Positions 46,026 to 55,752 are shown, numbered from the stretch's first letter. The stretch: 64,000 nucleotides of DNA from an uncultured Methanomassiliicoccales archaeon (GCA_964392725.1 CAYMPW010000005.1:3658-67657), one strand, 5' to 3'. Program-made: numbers and translations. Notes: generated by a model not told the origin, from the letters alone.

Positions 46026-47536
46026 AGTTAATTGTAAAAACCTGGGATTTGGAGTCTAGAGAACCCATAGGCCTAATACACGAAAAAGATGCAATCGAAC
46101 TCGGAATCAAAGAAGGGGAAAGAGTTCGTATAGATACAAAGATACCAATGACGATTTTATCGTCTATTTCAGACACCTTGTTGAATCCTGGAGAAATTCA
46201 TCTTCCAGAATATATCCTGAAAAAGGTAGGTATGGTAGATGGTCAGGAAATTAACGTAGTATTTTCGGCAAAACCAGATTCTGTTCGTAACATTCGTAAA
46301 AAAATGGACGGAGAAAAACTTACACGTGATGAAATACACGATATTGTTTTCGATATTTTAGATGCACAACTTTCGAAAATTGAAGTTTCAGCATGGTTAA
46401 CTTCGTTGTACATAAACGGAATGGACACAGAAGAAATAGCGAACTTTACACAATCTATCGTGGATACAGGAGATAGAATTTTGTTTGACCGTTCACCTGT
46501 ATTTGATTTCCATAGTGTTGGTGGAGTTCCTGGAAATAAAATTACACCTATTGTTGTTTCAATTGTAGCAGCAGCAGGACTCATGCTTCCAAAAACATCA
46601 TCACGTGCAATTAGTAGCGCATGTGGAACATCTGATTTTGTAGAAACATTTTGTGATGTTGAATTGGATGCAGAAAGACTTAAGGAAATTGCTGAAGAGG
46701 TGGGAGGTGTTTTCGCATGGGGAGGATCTATGAATCTTGCGCCGGTTGATGACATGGTAATCAAAGTTGAATATCCTCTCGGAATTAATCCACATGCACA
46801 GATGATGGCATCAATCATGGCTAAGAAAATGGCCATAGGTGCGACACATCTTCTCATTGATATTCCAACGGGTGCGGGAACAAAAATCGAATCAATCGAG
46901 GTTGCACGCTCATATGCAAAAGATTTCATGGAAATCGGAGAATTACTTGGAATTCACGTAGAATGTGCAATTACATACGCAGATCAGCCCGTGGGTGTAG
47001 CAATCGGACCCAATATCGAAGCAAGAGAATGCATCCGTGTTCTTGAAGGAGACGATCACCCTTCAAGTGTTATAGAAAAAGCTTGCGACTTGGCAGGAAT
47101 CATCCTTGAGATGGGAGGAATACCAAACGGTTCAGAAGAAGCTCATAGAATTTTGAAATCCGGAGAGGCTTACAAGAAATTCATGGAAATTGTTGTGGCG
47201 CAGGGCGGAAGATCCGACCTTAAGTCCGAAGATCTGAAACCTGGAAAATACAAGGAAGAAATCGTGGCACAATCCTCAGGTTATGTCCGTAATGTGAACA
47301 ATAAAGATTTAGTATCCATCGCAAGGGCTGCAGGCGCCCCCGCTGATAAAGGAGCAGGTTTGATGCTCTTAGCAAAGAAGGGTCAAAGAGTCGAGAAAGG
47401 AGACGTTCTTATTCAGATTTATGCAGATAATGAGGCCAAATGTAAACGTGCAAAAGATTCTGCAATCAAGATGAAACCCGTAGGTATCGAAGGAATGCTA
47501 ATCAAAAGATGTTCAGCACCCTCGGTGAGGAATTGA
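46022..47536 (+). CDS. deoA: AMP phosphorylase (thymidine phosphorylase family)
   Basis: 504 aa. HSVGGVPGNK motif. ATGA overlap with rbcL. Confidence 0.85.
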   Translation: MKLIVKTWDLESREPIGLIHEKDAIELGIKEGERVRIDTKIPMTILSSISDTLLNPGEIHLPEYILKKVGMVDGQEINVVFSAKPDSVRNIRKKMDGEKLTRDEIHDIVFDILDAQLSKIEVSAWLTSLYINGMDTEEIANFTQSIVDTGDRILFDRSPVFDFHSVGGVPGNKITPIVVSIVAAAGLMLPKTSSRAISSACGTSDFVETFCDVELDAERLKEIAEEVGGVFAWGGSMNLAPVDDMVIKVEYPLGINPHAQMMASIMAKKMAIGATHLLIDIPTGAGTKIESIEVARSYAKDFMEIGELLGIHVECAITYADQPVGVAIGPNIEARECIRVLEGDDHPSSVIEKACDLAGIILEMGGIPNGSEEAHRILKSGEAYKKFMEIVVAQGGRSDLKSEDLKPGKYKEEIVAQSSGYVRNVNNKDLVSIARAAGAPADKGAGLMLLAKKGQRVEKGDVLIQIYADNEAKCKRAKDSAIKMKPVGIEGMLIKRCSAPSVRN

Positions 47537-48321
47537 AAACCTTTTGTTTCACAATTGATTTGGACAGAGATGTGAACGTAGAAGTTCCAAACGAGCTTGC
47601 AGCGGGATCTCTCAGCCGGGGCGGCAATAGCCTTCCCCGGTTCGAATCTACTTTTATGGGATTATCTCTTTTATCGGATTTATTGGATGATATTGGAATT
47701 AAAGCAACATATTTCGCAGAAGGTAGAACTTTAGAAAAGATGTCTGATGTTTCAGGATTATCGGGTCACGAAGTGGGGGTTCATGGTTATGATCATGAAA
47801 ATCTTACAAATCTTTCAGAAGATGAAATATACTCCATCGTATCAAAAACCGCAGGTATTGTATTTGACAAAGTTGGATATCATCCAAAGTGTTTCCGTGC
47901 ACCATATATGAATTCTTCAGATTCTGTTCTAAAAGCAATTTCGCGTGCAGGTTTCTCTGTAGATTCTTCAGAGTATTCTGAGCTTTCCGATAATGTTCAA
48001 CCTTATGAAATATATCCTGGAATAATAGAAGTTCCAGTTACAGAAGGTAAAGATATCAACGGTAAGAAAATTGCCGCATATCTCTGGCCAATGCATGAAA
48101 ATAAACGCATTCCCGAAGATTATGTCAACATGGCAAATGAAATAAAATCCGGTGTTTTTGTTTTAGCAACACATACCTGGCACATTACAGAATCTAGATC
48201 TTCTGGTTATTTTAACAAAGAAAATTTGTCTAGAAATTTGGATGCTGTTTCAGAAGTTCTTTCAGGCATACTGGATGCAGGTTTCGTTCCGATGACACTG
48301 TCAGAATTAACATCGAAATAA
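47533..48321 (+). CDS. polysaccharide deacetylase (CE4/NodB-like) family protein
   Basis: HGYDH metal-motif context. Probable TTG start at 47533 overlaps the deoA TGA (TTGA) after GGTGAGG; the ORF track starts at 47509. Confidence 0.65.
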   Translation: MKTFCFTIDLDRDVNVEVPNELAAGSLSRGGNSLPRFESTFMGLSLLSDLLDDIGIKATYFAEGRTLEKMSDVSGLSGHEVGVHGYDHENLTNLSEDEIYSIVSKTAGIVFDKVGYHPKCFRAPYMNSSDSVLKAISRAGFSVDSSEYSELSDNVQPYEIYPGIIEVPVTEGKDINGKKIAAYLWPMHENKRIPEDYVNMANEIKSGVFVLATHTWHITESRSSGYFNKENLSRNLDAVSEVLSGILDAGFVPMTLSELTSK

Positions 48322-48389
48322 ACTCGGTTTCCTTACTTTTATAGTTTATTTTATATATTCTCGCACCTTCTTTTGGTCAGTGGATTACA

Positions 48390-49268
48390 ATGACTGCCCA
48401 GTTAATACTTGGTAAAGATGTTTCGGAAGAAATTTATGGTGAACTGAGAACAAAAATCGACACTTTAAAGTCAAAAGGTGTAACACCTGGATTAGCGGTT
48501 GTGTTAGTCGGTGAAGATCCTGCTTCTCAAGTTTATGTTCGCATGAAAGGAAAGAAATGCGAAGAACTCGGTATGCATTCGGTAACAATTGTATTGCCTG
48601 AATCCACAACACAAGAAGAACTCTTGAAAGTCGTCGGAGATTTAAATGCCGACAAATCCATTCATGGATTCTTAGTTCAATTGCCTCTTCCAAAACAGAT
48701 CGATGAAGAGACAATAATCAATGCAATCGATTCAAACAAAGATGTTGACTGTTTCCATCCAATAAATGTCGGAAAAATGTTGGTCGGTGAACCAAATTAT
48801 CTTCCTGCCACTCCTGCAGGGGTTCAACAAATGCTTATCAGATCCAATGTTGAAACATCTGGTAAACATGTAGTCGTCGTAGGAAGAAGTAACATCGTTG
48901 GAAAACCAATGGCCGCTATGATGATTCAAAAAGGTATAGGTGCAGATTCTACAGTTACGGTCGTCCACTCTCGTACCAAAAATCTCCCAGAAATAACACG
49001 TCAGGCAGACATCCTTATTGTTGCAATCGGCAAGCCTTGTTTTGTTACCGCCGATATGGTAAAAGAAGGTGCAGTTGTAATCGATGTTGGTACAAATAGA
49101 ATAGAAGATGCAACACATCCTAAAGGTTCAAGACTTGTAGGGGATGTTGATTTCGAGAATGTAAAAGAAATTGCATCTGCAATAACTCCTGTTCCAGGAG
49201 GAGTAGGCCCTATGACAATATGCATGCTTATGGCAAACACTGTCAAATCAGCAGAAAATTCAATTTAA
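48390..49268 (+). CDS. folD: bifunctional methylenetetrahydrofolate dehydrogenase / methenyl-THF cyclohydrolase
   Basis: 292 aa. GRSNIVGKPMA and PVPGGVGPMT motifs. Confidence 0.9.
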   Translation: MTAQLILGKDVSEEIYGELRTKIDTLKSKGVTPGLAVVLVGEDPASQVYVRMKGKKCEELGMHSVTIVLPESTTQEELLKVVGDLNADKSIHGFLVQLPLPKQIDEETIINAIDSNKDVDCFHPINVGKMLVGEPNYLPATPAGVQQMLIRSNVETSGKHVVVVGRSNIVGKPMAAMMIQKGIGADSTVTVVHSRTKNLPEITRQADILIVAIGKPCFVTADMVKEGAVVIDVGTNRIEDATHPKGSRLVGDVDFENVKEIASAITPVPGGVGPMTICMLMANTVKSAENSI

Positions 49269-49283
49269 TCACCGGGTGAAAAA

Positions 49284-49925
49284 ATGATCAGAGAATGTAG
49301 CGAACACGGTTATTTCCGTGATGAAGAATGCCCATACTGTGGAGAAGAAGGAAAATTCCTTATGAGCGACTATGAAGTGGAAAAGCTTGGAAGAACTTTG
49401 GCAGGTGTCTTGAGACATGGTCGTTTTGAATTGGATATGGATGAACAAGGATTCGTGGATATTCGTGATATTGTATCTGCAACTAAGTCTCAGAATTCAC
49501 GTATGGCTTGGCTCAGACCTCATCACGTAGAAGCACTTGTGGATACAGATTCTAAAGGCAGGTATCAGATTAGTGGATCTGAGATGAGAGCTACATATGG
49601 TCACACAATTCCTTTGGAACTTAATTTGCCTACAGACGGTATTCCGGAAGATTTGTATTATCCAACAACTCCTGAAGAAATGGACATTATTCTTGAAGTT
49701 GGAATTATGCCATCAGATAGATCCATGGTCCATCTTTCAAGAACATACAACGATGCATATTCAGCAGGTTCTGTTCGTGTAGAAGAACCAATAATCCTTG
49801 CAGTAGATACAGATGCATGCATAGCAGCAGGATATGAAATCGGTCGTGCTGCAAGAACAGTATTCCTTTGCAAAAAAGTTCCTGCAGAGTGTCTTAGAGA
49901 AGCACACGAAGAAGAAGGTGAATGA
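49284..49925 (+). CDS. kptA: RNA 2'-phosphotransferase (Tpt1/KptA)
   Basis: 213 aa. LAGVLRHG and VHLS motifs. N-terminal C..H...CPYCG segment. Confidence 0.8.
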   Translation: MIRECSEHGYFRDEECPYCGEEGKFLMSDYEVEKLGRTLAGVLRHGRFELDMDEQGFVDIRDIVSATKSQNSRMAWLRPHHVEALVDTDSKGRYQISGSEMRATYGHTIPLELNLPTDGIPEDLYYPTTPEEMDIILEVGIMPSDRSMVHLSRTYNDAYSAGSVRVEEPIILAVDTDACIAAGYEIGRAARTVFLCKKVPAECLREAHEEEGE

Positions 49926-50876
49926 ATGGTTCAAATTTTAAGACCAGACCAAGTAACAGAAAAATTCGGAAAGCACTTCTGTCAGGGGTACTTCACACTT
50001 GTCGATGAGAAGAACGGTGTGGCCCAGATTGTAGAACAATGTATTTCTAGAGGCCCCATTGAATGGGATATCGTTAATCGTAAACGTACAGGCGGAGTTC
50101 TTAGAAACATTCGTATGGATGGAACCACCGTAATTATGGATACAATCATTGGTGAAGAACCTTTGAACTTTGGCCCCGTATCTTCGGAACTTGGAGGACA
50201 GGGTATAAGCGCTCTTCTTGTAGAGGGAGATAGAGTAAGAACCAAATGGTCCGGATTGGCTGGAGCTAGTGTCGGTGTCGGTGCATGTATTGCACAGGGA
50301 AAAGGGGTTATCGAAACCGTATATCCCGATGAAATTAAAATCGGTGGAGCTCATAGAATTTCTGTTGAAATTGTTACGCATAAAATGGTTCGTGTAATGA
50401 TAGGAATCGATGACACCGATACAAAAGAAAAGGGCGCTACATGGTCTACAGCACTGAAGCTTGGAAGACAGTGTCCAATAGGAATATTCCTTGATCATAA
50501 AATTATTCAACTTAATCCAAAAGTTCCAAACAAAACAACTAATTGTTGTTCCACCGGAATTTCTTTCGCTGTAAAAGAAGACGAAGTAGATTCCCTGATC
50601 GAATACTGTAAGAATTACATTAAAGAAAATTCATATTCGGATGATGCTGTTATGACGGTTCTTGTAGGTCTTCGTGTTCCTAAAGAGTTGGAAGAATTCG
50701 GATGGAGTGCAAAGAGTGTTATTTACACAATTGATGATGCAATATCTGTTGCAGAAAGAAATGGTGTAAAAATCATCAACGTCACCGGAGACAAAGGAAC
50801 AATCGGTGCAGTTGCAGCACTTGGATGTTTTGATTTAGGTTTAAAATCCGCAGGCGTACCTGAAGATTTTGAGTGA
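49926..50876 (+). CDS. protein with TiaS-kinase-like (DUF1743-type) IGIDDTD domain; possibly methanogenesis-marker-11-like
   Basis: 316 aa. The motif MIGIDDTDTKEKGATW at residues 158-173 matches the N-terminal signature of TiaS but follows an unrelated domain of about 155 aa. Starts directly after the kptA stop. The family label is from memory. Confidence 0.5.
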   Translation: MVQILRPDQVTEKFGKHFCQGYFTLVDEKNGVAQIVEQCISRGPIEWDIVNRKRTGGVLRNIRMDGTTVIMDTIIGEEPLNFGPVSSELGGQGISALLVEGDRVRTKWSGLAGASVGVGACIAQGKGVIETVYPDEIKIGGAHRISVEIVTHKMVRVMIGIDDTDTKEKGATWSTALKLGRQCPIGIFLDHKIIQLNPKVPNKTTNCCSTGISFAVKEDEVDSLIEYCKNYIKENSYSDDAVMTVLVGLRVPKELEEFGWSAKSVIYTIDDAISVAERNGVKIINVTGDKGTIGAVAALGCFDLGLKSAGVPEDFE

Positions 50877-50880
50877 TGTC

Positions 50881-51660
50881 ATGGAAATACCTAAAATCAT
50901 TTCCGATACAGCCTATTCGGCTTATGAATCCCAATTAGAAAAAGAAGTTTTTTCAGATCAGATGCCCTATCATTTGGCAATCATAATGGATGGAAACCGC
51001 AGATATGCGGCGGAAGTTCTGCAAGCAGATCCAAGGGAGGGACATATAAAGGGACGTATGAAGCTTGAAGAGGTATTGGATTGGTGCATTAGGTCCAACA
51101 TCCGCATGCTCACAGTATATGCTTTTTCAACCGAGAATTTCAACAGGGAACCCGATGAAGTCGATTTCCTGATGGATTTGATCGCAAAGACCTTGGTAGA
51201 ATTGGCAGACGACGAAAGAGTACACGAAAACAAAGTAAAAGTCTCTTTAATCGGGAATATGGAGTCACTTCCGGACTCGGTTATCGAGGCCAAAAATTAT
51301 GCTTATGAAAAAACAAAAGGATATTCTGATTACACTCTGAATATGGCAGTTGCATACGGTGGCCGTCAGGAAATTATTGCGGCAGTTCGTGAAATTGCCC
51401 GTAAAACAAAAACCGGAGAAATCGAATTGGAAGACATAGACGAAAGCATGTTTTCAAATCACATGTATTTGTCGGATATGCCCGACCCGGACTTGGTTCT
51501 GAGAACTTCGGGTGAAATCAGAATTTCTAACTTCCTTTTATGGCAAATCGCATATTCGGAACTGTATTTTACAGATGTTTATTGGCCAGGATTTAGATAC
51601 ATTGATTTCTTGAGGGCTATTAGGTCATACCAACAGCGTACAAGACGTCACGGAGCCTAA
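50881..51660 (+). CDS. uppS: cis-prenyltransferase (undecaprenyl diphosphate synthase family)
   Basis: HLAIIMDGNRRYA hallmark and RTSGE motif. ATG at 50881; the ORF track uses TTG 50869. Confidence 0.9.
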   Translation: MEIPKIISDTAYSAYESQLEKEVFSDQMPYHLAIIMDGNRRYAAEVLQADPREGHIKGRMKLEEVLDWCIRSNIRMLTVYAFSTENFNREPDEVDFLMDLIAKTLVELADDERVHENKVKVSLIGNMESLPDSVIEAKNYAYEKTKGYSDYTLNMAVAYGGRQEIIAAVREIARKTKTGEIELEDIDESMFSNHMYLSDMPDPDLVLRTSGEIRISNFLLWQIAYSELYFTDVYWPGFRYIDFLRAIRSYQQRTRRHGA

Positions 51661-51664
51661 TCCA

Positions 51665-53383
51665 ATGAAATCCGATATAATATTCATGCACGCACCTAGC
51701 GTATACGACTTCAGAAAGAAACCTATATTCTACGGTCCCGTAAGCGATGTGATTCCCTCATCTCCCGTGTTTGAAATGTATCCTGTAGGATTCATGACAA
51801 TTTCTTCACATTTGGAAGCTGCGGGTTTCCGTACAAGAATCGTAAACATTGCGGTTCAGATGCTTCAGAGCAAAACATTCGACGTAGAACGTAGAATAGA
51901 AAAGCTTGATGCAGACGTCTTTGCAATCGATTTACATTGGATGCCCCATGTTCATGGAGCTTTAGAGTTAGCAAAGCTCGTTAAACACTATCACCCCGAT
52001 TCTAAAGTGGAGATGGGGGGATTTACCTCCTCATACTTCTATGAAGAGCTTATTCAAAGACCAGAAGTAGATTTTATTATGCGTGGGGACACAACTGAAG
52101 TTCCCACCGTTCAACTTATGGAAACTTTATCCAAAGGAGGAGATTTATCCGCGGTACCGAATCTTGTATGGAAAGATTCTGACGGAAAGGTACACGATAA
52201 CGGCTTAACATATTTGGAAGAAGATTTGGACAACATAATGTTTGATTATGGTTGTATGATTAAAAACACCATGAAAAACATGGATATCAAAGGTGCTTTG
52301 CCTTGGCTTGGATGGGATAAATTACCATTAACATCTGTATTCACAGTTCGTGGTTGTTCTCTTAATTGTGCAGAATGTGGAGGGTCCCATTATGCTAACG
52401 GAAAGGTTGCTTGTAGGAAAAAACCTGCATATAGAAGTCCTGAAAAATTAGCAGAAGATTTGGACATCATTCAAAGTTATCTCAACACCCCAATATTCAT
52501 AGTGGGAGATTTGCGCCAGCAAAGTTTGGATTATGCAGATCGTTTCTTCAAAGAAGCAAAAGAGCGCGGTATTGACAATCATGTCATAATCGAACTTTTC
52601 AAGCCTGCAAACGCAGAATATTTCAAAAAAATCGATTCTACGTTTGGTGGATGGAGCATAGAATATTCTCCGGATTCTCATGATGAAGAAGTTCGTATGG
52701 CGTTGGGTAAAGGCTACGACAACAAGTCAATAGAATCCACAGTTGAATCCGCATTCAAAAACGGATGCGACCGCATGGATTTATTCTATATGACGGGACT
52801 TCCGTTCCAAAGTAAAGAATCTGCATTAAACAGTGCAAAAGCATCCAAATCATTATGGAACCTTGTTGATAAAGACGATCATCTTTTCATTTATAACGCA
52901 CCTTTTGCACCGTTTGTTGATCCCGGAAGCAGAGCATTTGAAAATCCTGAAAAATGGGGATACAAATTCTTTGCTAGAACTTTGGAAGAGCACAGACAGC
53001 TTTTGGATAATCCATCTTGGAAATTGGTTTTGTCATACGAAACAAATCTCATGACTCGTGATGACATCGCCGAAGTTTCATATGATGCTGCAATCGAATT
53101 GGCAAGAATGGAATTCGAGTGCGGACGCACATCGGAAGAGACATTCAAATCCCGTACTGCACGTACCGAATCTGCAAGATCCTTCATGCACAAAGTCGAC
53201 GACATTATGAAGATTTCTGACGAAGAAGAACGCACTGCAAGGCTTTGGGCAAACAAAGAAGAAGGCGAAAATCTGATGCTTTCAACAGTTTGCGATAAGA
53301 CTGATTTGGATTGGCAAACAGGTTCAATTTGGTCGAATGCACCTCGCGTTGCAATGGGTCTTTTGAAGAGTTTTGTACGCTGA
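51665..53383 (+). CDS. B12-binding-domain radical SAM protein
   Basis: 572 aa. N-terminal Rossmann-like B12-type domain. CSLNCAEC (CX3CX2C) at 52355-52378. Lies 4 nt downstream of uppS. Confidence 0.8.
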   Translation: MKSDIIFMHAPSVYDFRKKPIFYGPVSDVIPSSPVFEMYPVGFMTISSHLEAAGFRTRIVNIAVQMLQSKTFDVERRIEKLDADVFAIDLHWMPHVHGALELAKLVKHYHPDSKVEMGGFTSSYFYEELIQRPEVDFIMRGDTTEVPTVQLMETLSKGGDLSAVPNLVWKDSDGKVHDNGLTYLEEDLDNIMFDYGCMIKNTMKNMDIKGALPWLGWDKLPLTSVFTVRGCSLNCAECGGSHYANGKVACRKKPAYRSPEKLAEDLDIIQSYLNTPIFIVGDLRQQSLDYADRFFKEAKERGIDNHVIIELFKPANAEYFKKIDSTFGGWSIEYSPDSHDEEVRMALGKGYDNKSIESTVESAFKNGCDRMDLFYMTGLPFQSKESALNSAKASKSLWNLVDKDDHLFIYNAPFAPFVDPGSRAFENPEKWGYKFFARTLEEHRQLLDNPSWKLVLSYETNLMTRDDIAEVSYDAAIELARMEFECGRTSEETFKSRTARTESARSFMHKVDDIMKISDEEERTARLWANKEEGENLMLSTVCDKTDLDWQTGSIWSNAPRVAMGLLKSFVR

Positions 53384-53432
53384 TTTTTGCGTGTCCCTAT
53401 TATAGGTATTATAATAGTATGTAGAAAGGGCG

Positions 53433-54242
53433 TCAATTCTTCTTTGACATTTCTCTTGAGCGCTCGGTTCCGGTCTGAACGGCTGCTATTATCGCAGACC
53501 TTAATCCAAGGTCTTCCAATACGCGAACACCCTCAATCGTGGTTCCGCCTGGAGAGCACACGCTGTCTTTCAAGTCGTCGGGATGTCTTCCTGTTTCAAG
53601 AACTGTTTTGGCAGCACCCAACATGGTCTGTGCTGCGAGCTTAATCGCATCTTCTCTGCGGAGTCCACAAAGCACGCCCCCGTCTGCCATAGCGTCTATA
53701 ATCATATACATGTATGCAGGAGGGCTACCGCAAAGGCCCGTAATTGCATCGAGATCCTTTTCTTCGACTTCAATCGCAAGACCTACAGCACTCAATACAC
53801 GAGATATGAGTTCAACATCTGTATTTTTCACATTAGTTCCTTTTGAAAAACCCGAAACGCCCTCCAAAACCATGCAACAATGGTTGGGCATAACCCTCAA
53901 AATTCTGCAGTCTGGCACATATGATTCTAAGGTAGAAATTTGGAGTCCTGCAACCATGCTCAAAAGGAGGTGATTGGCACCTAAATTCATACCTTTTTCA
54001 GCAAAAAGCCCAGAAACCTGCGCGGGTTTTACCGCAAGTACGAGAAAATCGGTTTTTTCGACGACTTCTGCGGCAGTGGCGTATACCTTAATGCCGGATT
54101 CAGAAGCAACAAGTTCTCTTGTAGCTGCACTTGGAGCACATGCGATAACTTCGTCTTTTTCAAAAACACCTTTGGCGAGTATCCCGTCAATCATGGCGCG
54201 CGCCATTTGTCCTGCGCCGAGGAAGCCGATTTTTGCTGTCAT
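53433..54242 (-). CDS. proC: pyrroline-5-carboxylate reductase
   Basis: 269 aa. IGFLGAGQMA and SPGGTTIEG motifs. Confidence 0.9.
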   Translation of the reverse strand: MTAKIGFLGAGQMARAMIDGILAKGVFEKDEVIACAPSAATRELVASESGIKVYATAAEVVEKTDFLVLAVKPAQVSGLFAEKGMNLGANHLLLSMVAGLQISTLESYVPDCRILRVMPNHCCMVLEGVSGFSKGTNVKNTDVELISRVLSAVGLAIEVEEKDLDAITGLCGSPPAYMYMIIDAMADGGVLCGLRREDAIKLAAQTMLGAAKTVLETGRHPDDLKDSVCSPGGTTIEGVRVLEDLGLRSAIIAAVQTGTERSREMSKKN

Positions 54243-54336
54243 GGTTTTTACCGCACCTATATTGGCCTTTTTGCTATAAATAATAGCTTTTTGCCCGTAT
54301 CTTATATAAATAAAATTATTGCGCGCCCTAAACCGT

Positions 54337-54349
54337 TTTATAATTATAA
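54337..54349 (+). promoter_or_regulatory. TATA-like box (TTTTATAATTATA) of the nuo/fpo operon, preceded by ATTATTGCGCGCC (54315-54327)
   Basis: Its centre is about 23 nt upstream of ATG 54366, with no SD in between. Confidence 0.45.
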
Positions 54350-54365
54350 TCCATGCGCAAACCCA

Positions 54366-54728
54366 ATGTCACTAATAGCGAGTTACATGCCGTTGGTAAT
54401 CGTGGGCATAATTGCTCTCGGTTTCGCACCTTTGGCATGGTGGGTGTCAAGATTTATCAGGCCCAGAAACCCAACTCACTGGATGGAGACAACATACGAA
54501 TGCGGATCGGAACCGGTTGGAGATGCACACGTGCAGTTCAGGTTCCAATATTACGCCTACGCAATTATTTTCGTGGTGTTTGACCTGGTCGTCACTCTTT
54601 TGATGATTTGGGCCGTTGCATTCTCTAATTTGACCCTTATGGGCCAGATGTGGATGTTGATTTTCTTTGGTGTTTTGCTTTTGGGTGTGACATATGCTCT
54701 CAAAAAGGAGGAAAACATATGGATATGA
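54366..54728 (+). CDS. nuoA: complex I-like (Nuo/Fpo-like) subunit A
   Basis: 120 aa from ATG 54366, 3 TM, YECG motif. The ORF-track start at 54207 overlaps proC and the promoter. Confidence 0.85.
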   Translation: MSLIASYMPLVIVGIIALGFAPLAWWVSRFIRPRNPTHWMETTYECGSEPVGDAHVQFRFQYYAYAIIFVVFDLVVTLLMIWAVAFSNLTLMGQMWMLIFFGVLLLGVTYALKKEENIWI

Positions 54729-55282
54729 GTCTATACCCCCATGCTGTTGCAATGAGCGCAGACGAGTTTATGACTTGGTCTTCTGCGATGATTAACGATA
54801 TGCTGAGCGCCGGTACAAAGAAAACCGTCGACAAATTGACTGGTCCAATTTGGGCTTGGGCAATGAAAAACTCCATGCATCCTTTGCACTGGGGTCTTGC
54901 CTGCTGTGCACTTGAAATGGCTGCGGCTTCCGCACCAAAACACGATGCAGAGCGTTACGGTATGATTTACCGTTCATCCCCTAGACAGACCGATATTCTT
55001 CTTGTAAACGGTTGGATTTCTAAAAAAATCCGCCCCGACCTCAGACGTCTTTACGAACAAATTCCTAACCCTAAATGGGTTGTAGCAATGGGCGAATGTG
55101 CCATTTCTGGCGGCCCTTGGTATGATTCATACAACATTGTTCAGGGTTTGGACCAGATCGTCCCTGTTGATCTTTATATCCCTGGATGCCCTGTGAAACC
55201 TGATGCAATGATTGATGGTTTCCTTTTGCTCCAGAAAAAGATTGAAGATTACTTCAACAGAGGAGTATTCTTGGAGGACTAA
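54719..55282 (+). CDS. nuoB: complex I-like subunit B (N2 cluster subunit)
   Basis: GLACCALEM, GECAISGGP and GCP motifs. ATG 54719 follows AAGGAGG. Confidence 0.9.
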   Translation: MDMSLYPHAVAMSADEFMTWSSAMINDMLSAGTKKTVDKLTGPIWAWAMKNSMHPLHWGLACCALEMAAASAPKHDAERYGMIYRSSPRQTDILLVNGWISKKIRPDLRRLYEQIPNPKWVVAMGECAISGGPWYDSYNIVQGLDQIVPVDLYIPGCPVKPDAMIDGFLLLQKKIEDYFNRGVFLED

Positions 55283-55284
55283 GA

Positions 55285-55752
55285 ATGGCCGAGACTATTC
55301 AGGCACCTACATGCGAGCAGGTCATCTCTTCGCTTGAAGGCCAGTTCCCCGGAAAAATTAAGATTGTCAATTCTGAAGTACGTAGGGTTTATGCAACCGT
55401 TGAGAAAGACGCCATTTACGATGTTTGTCTCTTCGCACGCGACAACTTAACTTTCGAACACTGCTCATCTGTATTGGGTGTAGATCGCGAAACAACCCTT
55501 CAGGTTGTTTACCACCTCTCCAATTATTTCAGTGCAGTCACAATCGAACTCACAGTAGACGTTCCTGTAGACGACCCTCACATAGAATCCGTTACACCCC
55601 TTTGGGGAGGTGCGAATTGGCACGAGAGGGAAACATACGAGCTTTTCGGTATCATTTTCGATAACCACCCCAAGCTCGAAAGACTTCTTACTCCTACAGA
55701 GTACGAATTCTTCCCCTTCAGGAAATCATACAAGCTCAGGAGGCAGGAATAA
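55285..55752 (+). CDS. nuoC: complex I-like subunit C
   Basis: 155 aa. ANWHERETYELFGIIF motif. Confidence 0.9.
   Translation: MAETIQAPTCEQVISSLEGQFPGKIKIVNSEVRRVYATVEKDAIYDVCLFARDNLTFEHCSSVLGVDRETTLQVVYHLSNYFSAVTIELTVDVPVDDPHIESVTPLWGGANWHERETYELFGIIFDNHPKLERLLTPTEYEFFPFRKSYKLRRQE

Noticed and set aside
53397-53417. A/T-only hairpin CTATTATA-GGTAT-TATAATAG between the convergent radical SAM and proC genes.
   Set aside because: The stem is purely A/T and of low stability, in AT-rich spacer DNA. It is likely a fortuitous or weak terminator element and is not distinctive enough to report.
54207-54365. ORF-track N-terminal extensions: nuoA from 54207, nuoB from 54650, nuoH from 56851, nuoK from 59354, rbcL from 44736, the e2b2 gene from 43811, PCNA from 36342 and purQ from 8316.
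   Set aside because: The extensions overlap upstream genes or promoters and add non-homologous residues. Internal ATGs with SD sequences, or stop/start overlaps, give proteins with canonical N-termini.
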